NCBI GenBank assembly: GCA_965203325.1
Contig: OZ241875.1
Coordinates: 2,720,001 to 2,784,000, forward strand
Direction of reading: 5' to 3'
Origin: a bacterium
Lineage (GTDB): Bacteria > UBA8248
Length of the DNA stretch: 64,000 bases
A program made the position numbers and the translations under genes. The notes beneath the pieces are model-generated. The model was not told the DNA's origin. It made no database searches and was given only the letters and a program-made list of their open reading frames with translations. Of this stretch, positions 40,631-51,092 are shown in pieces (the stretch's first letter is position 1; every line of letters starts with the position of its first letter).

Positions 40631-42025
40631 TTACTCCGAACTTTTGGACGCGGCGCGCGGGACGAACCGGCCGTAGCCCGGCTCCTGCACGAGCTCCCCG
40701 TCCCGGAGGAGCGGCTTGCCGCGCAGGAGGCTGTGCTCCAGTTTCCCTTTGAGCTCCCATCCCTCGAATAGCGAGTAGTCGGAATTCGTGTGCTGGCCCG
40801 ACGCCGTCACGGTTGAGCGCCCTTCGGGGTCGATCACGACGAGGTCGGCGTCCGAGCCGACGAGGAGCGCGCCTTTCTGCGGGTAGCAGCCCAGGGTGCG
40901 CGCGGGGTTCTCGCTCGTGATCTGCACGAGGCGCTCGGCGGAAATCCGCCCGCGGGCGACTCCCTCGCTGTAGAGAACGGGCAGGAGCGTCTCGATGCCG
41001 GGCGCGCCGAAGGGCGACTGGGTGAAGGGCGGGTCGTTCTTCTGCGCCTGCGTGTAGGGGGCGTGATCGCTCCCGATGAGGCTGATCCATCCCTCCTCGA
41101 TGCCCTTCCACAGCGCGGCGATGTCCGCCTCCGCCCGCAGCGGAGGCGCCACCTTGGCCGGTGCGCCCATCTCCCGGATGGCATCCCCCGTCAAGGTCAG
41201 GTACTGCGGGCAGGTTTCCACGACGATGTCCTTTCCGGCCGTCAGCCCGCGCCGCGCCTCATCCAGGGCCAGTTCCGCCGTCAAGTGAACGATGTAAAGC
41301 GGGCAGCCCGCGAGATCGGCCAGGCGGATCGATTTCGCGACCGACTCGGCTTCCAGCTCCGGCGGGCGCGAGTATTCCTGAAAGTCGGCGCCGTCCATTC
41401 CGGCGTCGAAGGCCTTGTTCTCCAGGTAGTCGATGACGGGGCCGTTTTCGGCGTGGACGAGCACGGTGCCCCCGTGACGCCCAACGATATCGAGCGCCGC
41501 GTAGAAGTATTCGTCCGGGATGCAGCGCCCGCGGCCCCGCTTCTTGTAGCCCATCATGACCTTGAACGTCGTGACGCCGCCCTCGATGGCCCTGGGTATC
41601 TCGGCGAGGTAGTCGAAGTCCTCGAATATCCAGGCGTGCAGCGAGAAATCGACCACGCTCCCCGCCTCGCCCTCCTCGCGGATGCGGTCCAGCGTGGTGA
41701 GCATGGTCTCGTTCTCCTCGCCGGTGGCGAAGACGATCATGGTGGTGACGCCCCCGTGGGCGGCGCTTCGGGCCACGTCGGCTAAGGAATCGATGTGGTT
41801 CGAGTACGCCCTGCAGTGGACGTGGGGGTCGATGACGCCGGGCATGACGAGCTTGCCCGTCACGTCCAGCACCTCTTCGGCTGCCGGCATATTTTCCGGC
41901 GCGCCGATACAGGCGACCTTCCCGTCCCGGACGCCGAGAGCGGCCTCCTGGCGGCCCTGGCCGGATACGAGCGTGCCGCCCCTCACGAGCAGGTCGAGCG
42001 GTTTCTGGTGGGTACTGTCTGACAT
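40631..42025 (-). CDS. Cyclic amidohydrolase (dihydropyrimidinase/hydantoinase/allantoinase family)
   Basis: PGVIDPHVH, GGVTT, FKVMM, VHAEN, IVHLT, ETCPQYL, GSDHAP, GSDADLV. Confidence 0.9.
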   Translation of the reverse strand: MSDSTHQKPLDLLVRGGTLVSGQGRQEAALGVRDGKVACIGAPENMPAAEEVLDVTGKLVMPGVIDPHVHCRAYSNHIDSLADVARSAAHGGVTTMIVFATGEENETMLTTLDRIREEGEAGSVVDFSLHAWIFEDFDYLAEIPRAIEGGVTTFKVMMGYKKRGRGRCIPDEYFYAALDIVGRHGGTVLVHAENGPVIDYLENKAFDAGMDGADFQEYSRPPELEAESVAKSIRLADLAGCPLYIVHLTAELALDEARRGLTAGKDIVVETCPQYLTLTGDAIREMGAPAKVAPPLRAEADIAALWKGIEEGWISLIGSDHAPYTQAQKNDPPFTQSPFGAPGIETLLPVLYSEGVARGRISAERLVQITSENPARTLGCYPQKGALLVGSDADLVVIDPEGRSTVTASGQHTNSDYSLFEGWELKGKLEHSLLRGKPLLRDGELVQEPGYGRFVPRAASKSSE

Positions 42026-42219
42026 GGAAAACCTCCCTTGCGGACGGCCGCCGGCGCCGGAACAGGCCCTTCACGCCCGCCCCTCTTATGGCGAAATGAC
42101 CCGTCGACGAAGCGGCAATCGAATTGTAATGCTTTCGCTGATGAAGGAGGAGCATACCATAAAATCCGCCCGGGTCGCCTGTGAATGGGGGATCGCAGCG
42201 GCGGGTCGTATAGAGGATA

Positions 42220-42667
42220 AAGGCAACCCCCCCTACCCCCCCTTGTCAGGGGGGTCTTTTTTTATTCCCCCCTGTCGGGGGGACCTTCTTCTACCGAGAA
42301 GAATTTTACATTCACTCCCCCCTTGAGGGTCGGTCTTTCCCCTCGGGAAGACCGACGGCAAGACGAGGGCGAAGCCCGAAGTCGCGCCGGTGGGGGGAGC
42401 TTTTATTTGTGGCATGTCCCCCCACCGAATCGGCCTTCGCACAAACCGCTCGGCCTCTTCGTCTGGCTTTCCCCTCGGGAAGCCAGACCCTCAAGGGGGG
42501 AGTTGATCCTTTTTTGCGGGGGTTGCCTTTTCATACCCCCCTGTCAAGGGGGGGTAGGGGGGGTTGGTTTTGTAGTGACAGCCCCTCCTCGGGGCTGTCC
42601 CACAAGTCGCGACCTGTCCCTACGGCTATCCCGGACGCGCCGCCCCAACACCCCTGCCTGCCCCTAC
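42220..42667. repeat. Composite palindromic repeat array
   Basis: CCCCCCTACCCCCCTTGTCAGGGG arms enclose a CCCCCCTTGAGGG element (about 42314-42503), followed by CAGCCCCTCCTCGGGGCTG and GTAG-REP remnants. Confidence 0.8.
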
Positions 42668-44976
42668 AGGGGCCCAAAATCGGGCGGGGGGATCCGGCGT
42701 TTCGAGGCCGCCTCATACGTCGAGGCGATACGCAGCAGGACGTCCTCCCGGCCGGGTTCGGCGCGGAAGACGAGGGAAAACGGCAGGCCCGGCTCCGGGA
42801 TGCTGGTGGCCTGATCGTTGTGGGCGGAGACGAACCGCGTCCCGTCCTCGCTCAGCTCGAATACCGGGTCGTAGGTCGTGCGCACGTAGCCCGCGGGCAC
42901 GAGCATTTCGGTGAGCCCTGCGTTCGGTCCGCTTTGCGATTCGGGCCTTGAGTTCAGCAGGAGGCCGGGCTGGACAGCTCCCCCGATGATGGCGGGCGGG
43001 AACGGCGTGTGCAGCCTTACCAGGGCGTCGAGGTTGTTCTCCAGGATCACCATCATGTCCACGCGGCGCAAAAGCTCGCGCAGCATGATGCGCTCGTTCA
43101 CCCCCTGCCTGTCCCCGTGCGGATTGCGCGGGTCCGTGACTTCCTCCCAGTTCTTGAAGGCGGCGCGGTGGTCGTCGCCCCAGAACTTCGAGCGCGCGTT
43201 CAGCTCGGGAAAGCCCGTGATGGTCTCGGTGAAGCCGCGCGCCTCCCAGTCCTCCGCCCGGCGCGAGAGGTACTGGTGGATGTGGTAGCGGAACGTCATG
43301 GCGAGTTCCTGCTGCTGCACGGTGGCGAGGTCCAGGTTTATCGGCTGCTCGATTCGGCCCTCGCCCATGGCGAGCATGTAGTCGATGGGCTGCATGGTTC
43401 CGGAGCCTAAGACGACGCCCGGCGCGAACTCGGTGGGGACGATGGCCTCGGCGAACTCTTTGAAGAGCGGCCCGCCCTCGGGCGTGAGCCGGAACATGAT
43501 GTCCGGCATGAAGACGGGGATGAGCCTCGCGAGCGCGCGGCGGAAATCCGTCTTCATCGTCTCGACTTCGGGGTCGCCCGCCCAGAGCGGATCGGTCGAT
43601 TCCAGGAGCTTCGCGCCGAGCTTTTGCCCCAGGACTTCCTTTATCTCCCGGCCCGCCGCGTTCACGATGGGCTCTTCCGATTTCGAACCCCTCGGATAGA
43701 CCATCGACTCGCGGATGACGCCGATACGCACGCCTTCCAGCGCGCCCGCCTCGCCGTTCCTGCTCACGTGCGAAGCGTAAGGCGTATCCAGGACGGAGGA
43801 GCGCGGCACCGTCGTGAACGGGTCGCGCGGGTCGTAGTAGCCGTTCACCGGGTCCTTGAGGGCGTCGAGCACCCTGGCGCAATCGGCGAGTGATTTCGTG
43901 ATGATGCCGCTCCTGTCGCAATAGATGTCCGCCCCGATGGCGCCGCCGTCGAAGCCGAGCATCGCCTTGTGCGGCAGGATGAGCGCGACGGCGTTGTGGT
44001 TCGACGGCCCCCGGCAGGAGGCCCGCGTCTCCTCGCCCAGGCTCGCCATCACCATGTTGGTGCTCACCGAGAGGGCGGAGCCCGAACTCGACCCCAGGGA
44101 GGCCGCCCGCGTGGTGTCGTAGGGGTTCGAGGGGTTCCCGCCCCACGTGCTGCGCTGGTAGCCCAGGACGGAGGGCAGCACCTTCTCGGGTTCATGCCGC
44201 CCGCCCGGGTCGCCCGCGCGCCCGTTGTATTCGGTGCTCACGGCCTTGGCGAAGATGACGGCGCCCTTGTTCCTGAGCTGCTCGACGAGGATGTGGTCGC
44301 GCGCGGGGAAATCGATGTCATAGGCCGCGTCGCCACCGCCGGTGGAGCGCATGTCCTTCGTGTCGAAGGGGTCCTTGAAGGAGAAGGTGACGCCGTACAT
44401 CGGCATTTTCTCGAGGTCGGGGTCGGCGCCGTACTCGGCGTCCAGTTCCGCCGCGCGCTCGAGCGCGTCGGGGTAGTGGCGGAAGACCTCGCACATGGGC
44501 GGCGCGCCGGGCGGCAGGGGGCCTTCCGCGGGATGCCGGTCGTATTCGCCCTTGCACGTCACGGAGCGCTCGCCGCGGATGTTCAGGGTGGCGAGGGCGT
44601 TCACCTGACCCGCGTTCGGGACCCCGACGATCATGCCGTATTGCTGCTGGACGTCTGGATCGGACGCCGTATCCTCCATGCGGCCGAACTCGAGCGGCTT
44701 TCCAACGTATTTATCCAGATCGGGCAGGTGGTCGGCCGCCTTCACGGTCTCGGTCGGGAAGCGCAGCGGGGAGCCGCCGCGCACGACGCCCCTGGCTTCG
44801 GGGACCGGCGCGCCGTCTTCGGTGACGAGCATGCTGGCGACGCCGTTGTACGCGCGGACGCGCTCCAGATACCCCTCGACGACTTCGACGCACGTCGTGC
44901 GGCCGGCGCGAATCGCCGCGTGCAGATCCTCGATGGACGCTTCTTCGAGTAGAAACGCCCCGCTCTTATCCTCCAT
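42664..44976 (-). CDS. Amidase signature family enzyme (large, 770 aa)
   Basis: FSFKDPFDT (Lys), GSSSGS, GEETRASCRGP (Ser nucleophile position), EDVLLRIA..YE.ASKRR.PP; start MEDKSG. Confidence 0.85.
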   Translation of the reverse strand: MEDKSGAFLLEEASIEDLHAAIRAGRTTCVEVVEGYLERVRAYNGVASMLVTEDGAPVPEARGVVRGGSPLRFPTETVKAADHLPDLDKYVGKPLEFGRMEDTASDPDVQQQYGMIVGVPNAGQVNALATLNIRGERSVTCKGEYDRHPAEGPLPPGAPPMCEVFRHYPDALERAAELDAEYGADPDLEKMPMYGVTFSFKDPFDTKDMRSTGGGDAAYDIDFPARDHILVEQLRNKGAVIFAKAVSTEYNGRAGDPGGRHEPEKVLPSVLGYQRSTWGGNPSNPYDTTRAASLGSSSGSALSVSTNMVMASLGEETRASCRGPSNHNAVALILPHKAMLGFDGGAIGADIYCDRSGIITKSLADCARVLDALKDPVNGYYDPRDPFTTVPRSSVLDTPYASHVSRNGEAGALEGVRIGVIRESMVYPRGSKSEEPIVNAAGREIKEVLGQKLGAKLLESTDPLWAGDPEVETMKTDFRRALARLIPVFMPDIMFRLTPEGGPLFKEFAEAIVPTEFAPGVVLGSGTMQPIDYMLAMGEGRIEQPINLDLATVQQQELAMTFRYHIHQYLSRRAEDWEARGFTETITGFPELNARSKFWGDDHRAAFKNWEEVTDPRNPHGDRQGVNERIMLRELLRRVDMMVILENNLDALVRLHTPFPPAIIGGAVQPGLLLNSRPESQSGPNAGLTEMLVPAGYVRTTYDPVFELSEDGTRFVSAHNDQATSIPEPGLPFSLVFRAEPGREDVLLRIASTYEAASKRRIPPPDFGPL

Positions 44977-45172
44977 GACGCATCCTTTCGTGTTATGCCG
45001 CGTTCCCCCCCCCTCGGCGGGGGGAGCGGTCTCCGGTCTCAAGCGATGCGGGAATACTATGGGCGGCGTCCGGTTTTGGCAACGGCGGGAGGAAAAGATA
45101 CCCGCCGAATCCGGGCGGGGAGGCGGATGCCTTGCCGAATGCGCAGAGGCCCCGGACAGGCACGGATGCCTT

Positions 45173-45490
45173 GGACAGGTCGCGACCTGTCCCTACGCCC
45201 CTTTGCCGTCCATGGTTCGCCTTTGGCCGTCATTCCGGCGAAAGCCGGAATCCATTTTCGCCTTTGCCTTTTCGCCTCCTCGTTCGGACGTCTTTACTCC
45301 CGAGTGGGGAGGATCGGAATCGAACATAAAAACGAAAGGCGAATCCTCTGCATTCCGTATCCGGACGCCACGCGACAACAAGGTCGTGGCCGCCCTGCCC
45401 GGTGAAAAGTCAAAATGGATTCCGGCTTTCGCCGGAATGACGAACGAAAATCTATCGGCAAACGAGAGATTGCCCTATAGGGGTCGCATA
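45173..45490. repeat. REP plus GTCATTCCGGCG-type inverted element
   Basis: GGACAGGTCGCGACCTGTCCCTAC at 45173-45196; GTCATTCCGGCGAAAGCCGGAATCCA at 45229 with its inverse ending at 45441; TAGGGGTCGCATA remnant. Confidence 0.8.
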
Positions 45491-45580
45491 CGGAGGATGG
45501 TTTCGAGGCACCGACAGGGAATTCCCGGAAAAAAAGCCGTTCTGGGGCATGGACCCGGCAAAACGTCGGCTTGCTGGGAT

Positions 45581-45630
45581 CCGATAATTGCTATTATCAG
45601 AAAGTACAACACCTCTCACGGCCATGTCAA
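45581..45630 (-). promoter_or_regulatory. Putative promoter with adjoining palindromic operator
   Basis: Minus strand TTGACA-18 nt-TACTTT, followed by CTGATAAT-AGCA-ATTATCGG; a 17/20 inverted copy lies at 45760-45779. Confidence 0.5.
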
Positions 45631-46001
45631 GCGCAATTCCGGCGTCTCCGGAAGGGTTTCGGAGGCCGTTTTGCGCCTTTTTTCGCTCATTTTTCGCTCA
45701 CTTTCGGCCCGAATGCGCCCCGAATCGGGTTTTTCGGCGGAAAACGGGGTTTCTGGTGTCCGGTAATAGCAATTAACGGCGGCCAGACCGGGAAAGATGG
45801 GCGCATACCGAAGGAATCTGCCTCTCGCGGAACTGCCGGCCCGGACCATGCGTGGGCCAAGCCTACCATATTTCGGGCTGCCGAAAATACGAATCATCAG
45901 TTTGTGAATGCCCGTATATCGAAAGTGAAAGGAGGTTAAACGGAGAAAGCCGGAAATTCACGGAAAATCCCTTTTTCTATGTATCCAGGAGGACTCACTA
46001 A

Positions 46002-49000
46002 ATGATGTTCAAAGACAAGCATATTCACAAGCTCTACGCTTTCGCGCTGGCGGCGGTCTTTGCGCTCGTGCTGGCGGGCTGTGGCGGGGGAGGCGGCGGC
46101 AGTGCGGCGGCACCGCCCGACGAACCGCCCCCGATGCCGACCCCGGAGGAGAGGTGCACGGCGGATGGCGGCCGGTATAACGCGGACGGGTCATGCACCT
46201 CGGCCGCTGATCTTGAGGCTGAAAGGGTGGCGGCTGAAGCGGCTGCCCTCACAGCTGCGAAGAATGCTGCGGCAGCAGCTGCCATGGCTGCGAATACAGC
46301 GCTGGATGCAGCGAAAGCAACCCTTACAGGCATCGCGGATATTCAGGATTCAGATCCCTTGCACTACAGCTTGGCCGAAGGCGCGCTGGACGACGCCAGG
46401 AGAGCGAAACAGGCTGCGGATGCCGCGAACGCCAAAGCGCAAGCCGCAGACAATTCAGGCGATGCCGAGATGTATCAGGCTCAGGCCGAGGCCGAGCAGG
46501 CAAAAGCGGAAGCTGCGATGACATTGGCTGCAGGTTTCGCCCAAGAGGTGAAGGACGCCAAGGCGGAGGCCGACAGGCTTGTACAGGAAGAACTCGATCG
46601 CCAGGAGCAAGAACGCATCGCGCAGGAAAACGCCATGAAGATTTCCGATGCGCAGGAAGCGGCCAGGCTGGCGAGTGTAGCGGCGAGTGAGGCGGCGAGT
46701 GCGGCTGCGACTGCTCTCGAGACGCTGCAGGGCGATGCCGACGCCACGGCGCATCAGCTCGTAACCGCCACGACGGCGAAGATAGCGGCGGATGCCGCGG
46801 CGCAAGACGCAGCCGATGCCTATGCCGCGGCCATGGGTGCGGATACGGTGGAAGCGGCCGAGTCGGCCCGTGACGATGCGCAGATGGCGCAGATGGTGGC
46901 AGAGGCGCAGCAGGGCATCATCGACGGATTCAACATGGCCAATCAGGACGATCGTGATGACGACGAAGTTGAAAACCAGCGCATGGCCGATGTCGCTGCG
47001 GCAAGAAGTGCCGCGATGCAATCCTATATGGATGCCGACGCCGATGCGACGAAGGCCGATGAGGTCGCTACCGCTGCCGAGACGGCCGCTCCCGGTTCTC
47101 CGGGTGCGATGGCCGCGAGAGAGGCCGCCACGGCGGCTCGCAATGCCGCGGACGCCGCGAAAGCAGCGCATGACGCCATCATGGACGACATGACCAAGGA
47201 CCAGGCTGAAGCAGAGAGAGATAAAGCGGCGACTGCGGCGGGTAACGCCAATGACAGCTACATGACGGCCAAGAGAAATAATGACGCGGTTCAAACGGCG
47301 AAGCTCGCCGGCGAGGAACAACAGAGAGTTCGCGACATCGCGGATGCGAAAGACGCTGCGGAAGATGCCATGGATGCCGCCAAGACTGCTTCCGATGCGG
47401 CTGGTGATGCGGCCGATGACGCCGAGACCGCCATGGACAACGCCAAGGCGGCTCTCGACAGAGCCAGGGCGGCGCGTACGGACTCTACGACAGCAGAAGC
47501 AGAATACGAGAAAGCCAAGGACGCGGCGACGGCTGCCAGGAACGCTGCAGACGAGGCGGACACTGCGTACATGGCGGCTAAGGCGGCGCATGACGGCATT
47601 GACGACGATGGTGAAGCTTCAGACGCCGAGGATGCCCAGGAAACGGCTGAAACGAAGCAGCGTGAAGCCGAGACTGCGCAGGGCACTGCCGACACGCAGA
47701 AGACGGCTGCGGAAACGGCCGAGTATGCTGCTGAAACCGCGGCCGGCACGCACGTCTTGGGTCTGCTCAAGGGGGCGAACGCGGTCGGTGTGATGGACAA
47801 TCCGGCTACGGACGCCAACGAGCAGGCCGCTGCGGTGATGGCCGTCGCGACGGCGATCGGCAATGCGGCGGGAGCACCTAGCGGAACAACTCCCGAAGAC
47901 GCCGACAACAACAGCGCCACGACCGGCGCCACCGTCAGTGATTCCGGGGTGACGGCAACTTGGCCTGCGGACGGATTTAACCCAGACGGTTCGGTAAACA
48001 ACGACGCCGAGGACAATCCTATTCCCGGCATGTTGTCGATCACCGTTACCCGCACCAGTGGCTCTAACCTCGTGTTCAGGACGGAAGCGGCGGAAGAGGA
48101 TGATGCCACCACGACAGATGTCGATGAGACCGTCGTGACGGCGACCGATATCGGCGGGCTGGGCGACTTCATGCACGGCTACTCGATCTCGGATCGCGGA
48201 ACGCACGCGATCGTCTTCACTGACAAGCAGCAGGGTACGCCGGCTGTGGCAGAGGTGGTGGCGATAACGGCGCAGACTCTCGTCAACAACAGCGGCGGTA
48301 CCGTTACCGATTTGGGCACCCGGTCGGGAACCGGGTTCACTGGCGTCACGTACTACGCCAGTGGGGTTACGGTTGGTGACGACACCGACATGGCCCTGGC
48401 GTTCACGGGTACTCTGACCTGTCCTGCCAGCGCAACAACTGGGTGTACGGCCACGGAGAATGCCGACGGAACCATCACCATCGAGGGTTACACGTTCACC
48501 GGTAGTCGGGCAGCCAGGGCGGCTGTCACAGCAGTTTCTGCGGCCGAGAATAACGACTATCTGGCGTTCGGCGTCTGGCTCCAGGAAGACAGCGATGCGG
48601 GCACCGAAGGCAACCAGCCCGCATTCGCCGCCTTCTTTGGCGGTGGCAGCCCGACCGCGGCCGCTTCCTTCAATGTGGCAATTACAGGTACGGCGACGTA
48701 TGAAGGCTCCGCTACGGGCGTATACACCGAAGGAACCAAGGTGGATTACTTCGAGGGCGACGCCACCCTGACAGCCAACTTCGGCACGGCGCCTGAAGAT
48801 GGTTCTGCCGACACCGTGACTGGAACCATCACCGGTATGATCGACAACATCGTCGCGGGCGGCGTGTCCATGAGCGACGTCATCCATCTGAACGATGGGG
48901 CTGGGGGCAACAACATTTCCGCGGAGGGTGGCTTTAGCGGCGACGCTCGCATGGGAGAAAGGACAGTCGAAATTGTGGATAGTGTTGCAACAGTGACTTA

Positions 49001-49208
49001 CCCCTACAACGGCTTGTGGCGCGGGTCGTTCTACAATGGGAACACGGATGATACCGCCACGGCGGATGTCGATGAAAGCCTGGTGGCGCCGGGTTCCGTC
49101 GCCGGAAGCTTCGGCGTGACCGGCACCGACGACATGGGTACAGCGGATGACGACACTGACGACGTCACCCGGAGCTACGTGGGCGCGTTCGGCGCTCACA
49201 AGCAGTAA
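46002..49208 (+). CDS. Large surface lipoprotein with Ala-rich helical stalk and C-terminal transferrin-binding-protein-like beta-barrel
   Basis: Lipobox LAGC followed by poly-Gly; long Ala/Glu/Asp-rich stretch; C-terminus YLAFGVWL, GTATYEGSATGVY, W.GSFY, PGSVAGSFG, VGAFGA; RBS AGGAGG. Confidence 0.8.
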   Translation: MMFKDKHIHKLYAFALAAVFALVLAGCGGGGGGSAAAPPDEPPPMPTPEERCTADGGRYNADGSCTSAADLEAERVAAEAAALTAAKNAAAAAAMAANTALDAAKATLTGIADIQDSDPLHYSLAEGALDDARRAKQAADAANAKAQAADNSGDAEMYQAQAEAEQAKAEAAMTLAAGFAQEVKDAKAEADRLVQEELDRQEQERIAQENAMKISDAQEAARLASVAASEAASAAATALETLQGDADATAHQLVTATTAKIAADAAAQDAADAYAAAMGADTVEAAESARDDAQMAQMVAEAQQGIIDGFNMANQDDRDDDEVENQRMADVAAARSAAMQSYMDADADATKADEVATAAETAAPGSPGAMAAREAATAARNAADAAKAAHDAIMDDMTKDQAEAERDKAATAAGNANDSYMTAKRNNDAVQTAKLAGEEQQRVRDIADAKDAAEDAMDAAKTASDAAGDAADDAETAMDNAKAALDRARAARTDSTTAEAEYEKAKDAATAARNAADEADTAYMAAKAAHDGIDDDGEASDAEDAQETAETKQREAETAQGTADTQKTAAETAEYAAETAAGTHVLGLLKGANAVGVMDNPATDANEQAAAVMAVATAIGNAAGAPSGTTPEDADNNSATTGATVSDSGVTATWPADGFNPDGSVNNDAEDNPIPGMLSITVTRTSGSNLVFRTEAAEEDDATTTDVDETVVTATDIGGLGDFMHGYSISDRGTHAIVFTDKQQGTPAVAEVVAITAQTLVNNSGGTVTDLGTRSGTGFTGVTYYASGVTVGDDTDMALAFTGTLTCPASATTGCTATENADGTITIEGYTFTGSRAARAAVTAVSAAENNDYLAFGVWLQEDSDAGTEGNQPAFAAFFGGGSPTAAASFNVAITGTATYEGSATGVYTEGTKVDYFEGDATLTANFGTAPEDGSADTVTGTITGMIDNIVAGGVSMSDVIHLNDGAGGNNISAEGGFSGDARMGERTVEIVDSVATVTYPYNGLWRGSFYNGNTDDTATADVDESLVAPGSVAGSFGVTGTDDMGTADDDTDDVTRSYVGAFGAHKQ

Positions 49209-49705
49209 GAAAGAGCAGGACGCCTTTGGCTTCGGGGCTTCACGGCCCCGGGGCCGGGGCGATGAAGGAGAGCGAAAAGGGGGTTGCCCGTTGGTTGCTT
49301 CTCTCGTGATGAAGCAAATTGTACCGCTCCCAGCTGTGAGTTTGAGTCCTCGAGCCGGGAGGGGGAACAACGGGCGGCCCCCACTTCGCGTTTCATGAAC
49401 GTAGCCGACACCCCGACTCGGCCTGCACCTCGGGGATCGTGTCGCAGCAATTCCCATCTTCAGGGGTTTTTCAACCCCTTAAAGCAGCCCTTTGAGGGGT
49501 GTCGGCCCTTTCTCCTTGAGCGGACGGTTGACTTCAAAAGCCGCAATCGCTCCCTCTTCGGTCACGATTGCCCCCTTGACAGGGGATAAAGGACAGCCCC
49601 TCCTCGGGGCTGTCCTGCCCCCCCTACACCCCCCCTGTCAGGGGGGTAAAAAGCAACCCCCGCAAAAAAGGATCAACTCCCCCCTTGAGGGGGCTGTTGA
49701 AAAAG

Positions 49706-51092
49706 GAGTTACTGTCAAATGTTGTGTATGGCCGTCTTGAGTTCAGCGGCCTCCCTGCCGGTTTGTTTTTCGTTCATCCCATCGATGAACCTCACGTCGG
49801 TGATCACGTCGGCCAGCTGGCGCAAGCCGCCCAGCCGCCCCCATCGCTTCTCGGCGCTCATGGCGAGTTGGTGAATCAGGCTCAGCGCCGTCTTCTCGCT
49901 CAGGCAGTTCCTCGTCTTCGCCGTTCGCAGCCGGATCGTGGCGAAGGTCGACTCGATCGGGTTCGTCGTCCGAATGCTCCGCCAGTGCGCCGCCGGGAAG
50001 TCGTAGAAGGCGAACAACTCCTCGCGGTCCCTCGACAGGCACGCGGCGGCCTTGGGATACTTCGCCTCCCAGGTGGCGAGAAAGCGTTCGAACGCCTTCT
50101 CCGCATGCGCGCGGGTCTCCGCCCTCCACATCTCATACAGCATCGGCCTCGCTTCGACCTGAGCGCTCTTGGGCAGCTTGTCGAGAACGTTCGCCGTCTT
50201 GTGCACCCAGCAGCGCTGCGCCCGGGTCCCGGGGTACACCTCGGCCAGCGCCGACCACAACCCCAGCCCCCCGTCGCCCACGGCGAGCTTCGCCGCCTTC
50301 ACGCCCCGCTCCCGCAGGCGCAACAAAACCGCCTTCCAGCTCTCCTTCGATTCACGGAACCCCGCCTCCAGGGCCAGGAAGCGCTTGCGGCCTCGCGCGT
50401 CGCAGCCCACGACCACCAGAAGGCAGCGCCGCTCCCCGCTGCGAACGTTCACGTAGATGCCGTCCGCCCACAGATACGCGAACTCCTCCCCGTGCCACGC
50501 CCGCTCGCGCCACTGCGCGTACTCGCGCTCCCAGCCCTCCTTGAGCCGCGAGACGCTCGCCGGGGACAAGCCCCCCACCGACTCGCCGAACAGCGCCGTG
50601 AGCGCCTCGCCGAAGTCGTTCGTCGATACCCCCTTCAGGTACAGCCACGGTATCACCGCTTCCACGCGCCGCGTCTTGCGCAGATACGGCGGCAGCAACT
50701 CCGAGCGGAAACGCCGCCCCGACCCCGACCTGTCCCGCGTCCGGGGCACCTGGACACGCACCGGACCCACTCCCGTCAACACCTCCCGCGACGGCAGATA
50801 CCCGTTGCGAACCACCGCGCGGCGGCCCTGCGCGTCACGATCGCCCGCATATTCTTCGAGAAACGCCGCCAACTCCGCTTCCACCGCCTGGCGGATGATT
50901 CGTCGCGCGCCCGCGCGCAACAGTTCGCTCAACTCGTCCCGTAGGGCTGGATTCTTCATGGGAATCGTCGTATCTTCTCTCATGGTGGCGCATCTCCTTG
51001 TGCTGAATGACCGGGCTATTTGGCAAACCCTATTTCAGCAGGATGCGCCGCCTTCTTCAATTCAGCCCATACACAAGTTTTGAGCGTAACTC
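49706..51092 (-). mobile_element. IS256-family insertion sequence (1387 bp)
   Basis: Imperfect TIRs GAGTTACTGTCAAATGTTGTGTATGG and GAGTTACGCTCAAAACTTGTGTATGG; 9-bp TSD TTGAAAAAG at 49697-49705 and 51093-51101. Confidence 0.95.
49715..50983 (-). CDS. IS256 family (Mutator-like) transposase, intact
   Basis: RNGY, VPRTRDR, YLKGVST, LWADG, ESKESW, VGDG, QRCWVH, RTTNPIES. Confidence 0.95.
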   Translation of the reverse strand: MREDTTIPMKNPALRDELSELLRAGARRIIRQAVEAELAAFLEEYAGDRDAQGRRAVVRNGYLPSREVLTGVGPVRVQVPRTRDRSGSGRRFRSELLPPYLRKTRRVEAVIPWLYLKGVSTNDFGEALTALFGESVGGLSPASVSRLKEGWEREYAQWRERAWHGEEFAYLWADGIYVNVRSGERRCLLVVVGCDARGRKRFLALEAGFRESKESWKAVLLRLRERGVKAAKLAVGDGGLGLWSALAEVYPGTRAQRCWVHKTANVLDKLPKSAQVEARPMLYEMWRAETRAHAEKAFERFLATWEAKYPKAAACLSRDREELFAFYDFPAAHWRSIRTTNPIESTFATIRLRTAKTRNCLSEKTALSLIHQLAMSAEKRWGRLGGLRQLADVITDVRFIDGMNEKQTGREAAELKTAIHNI

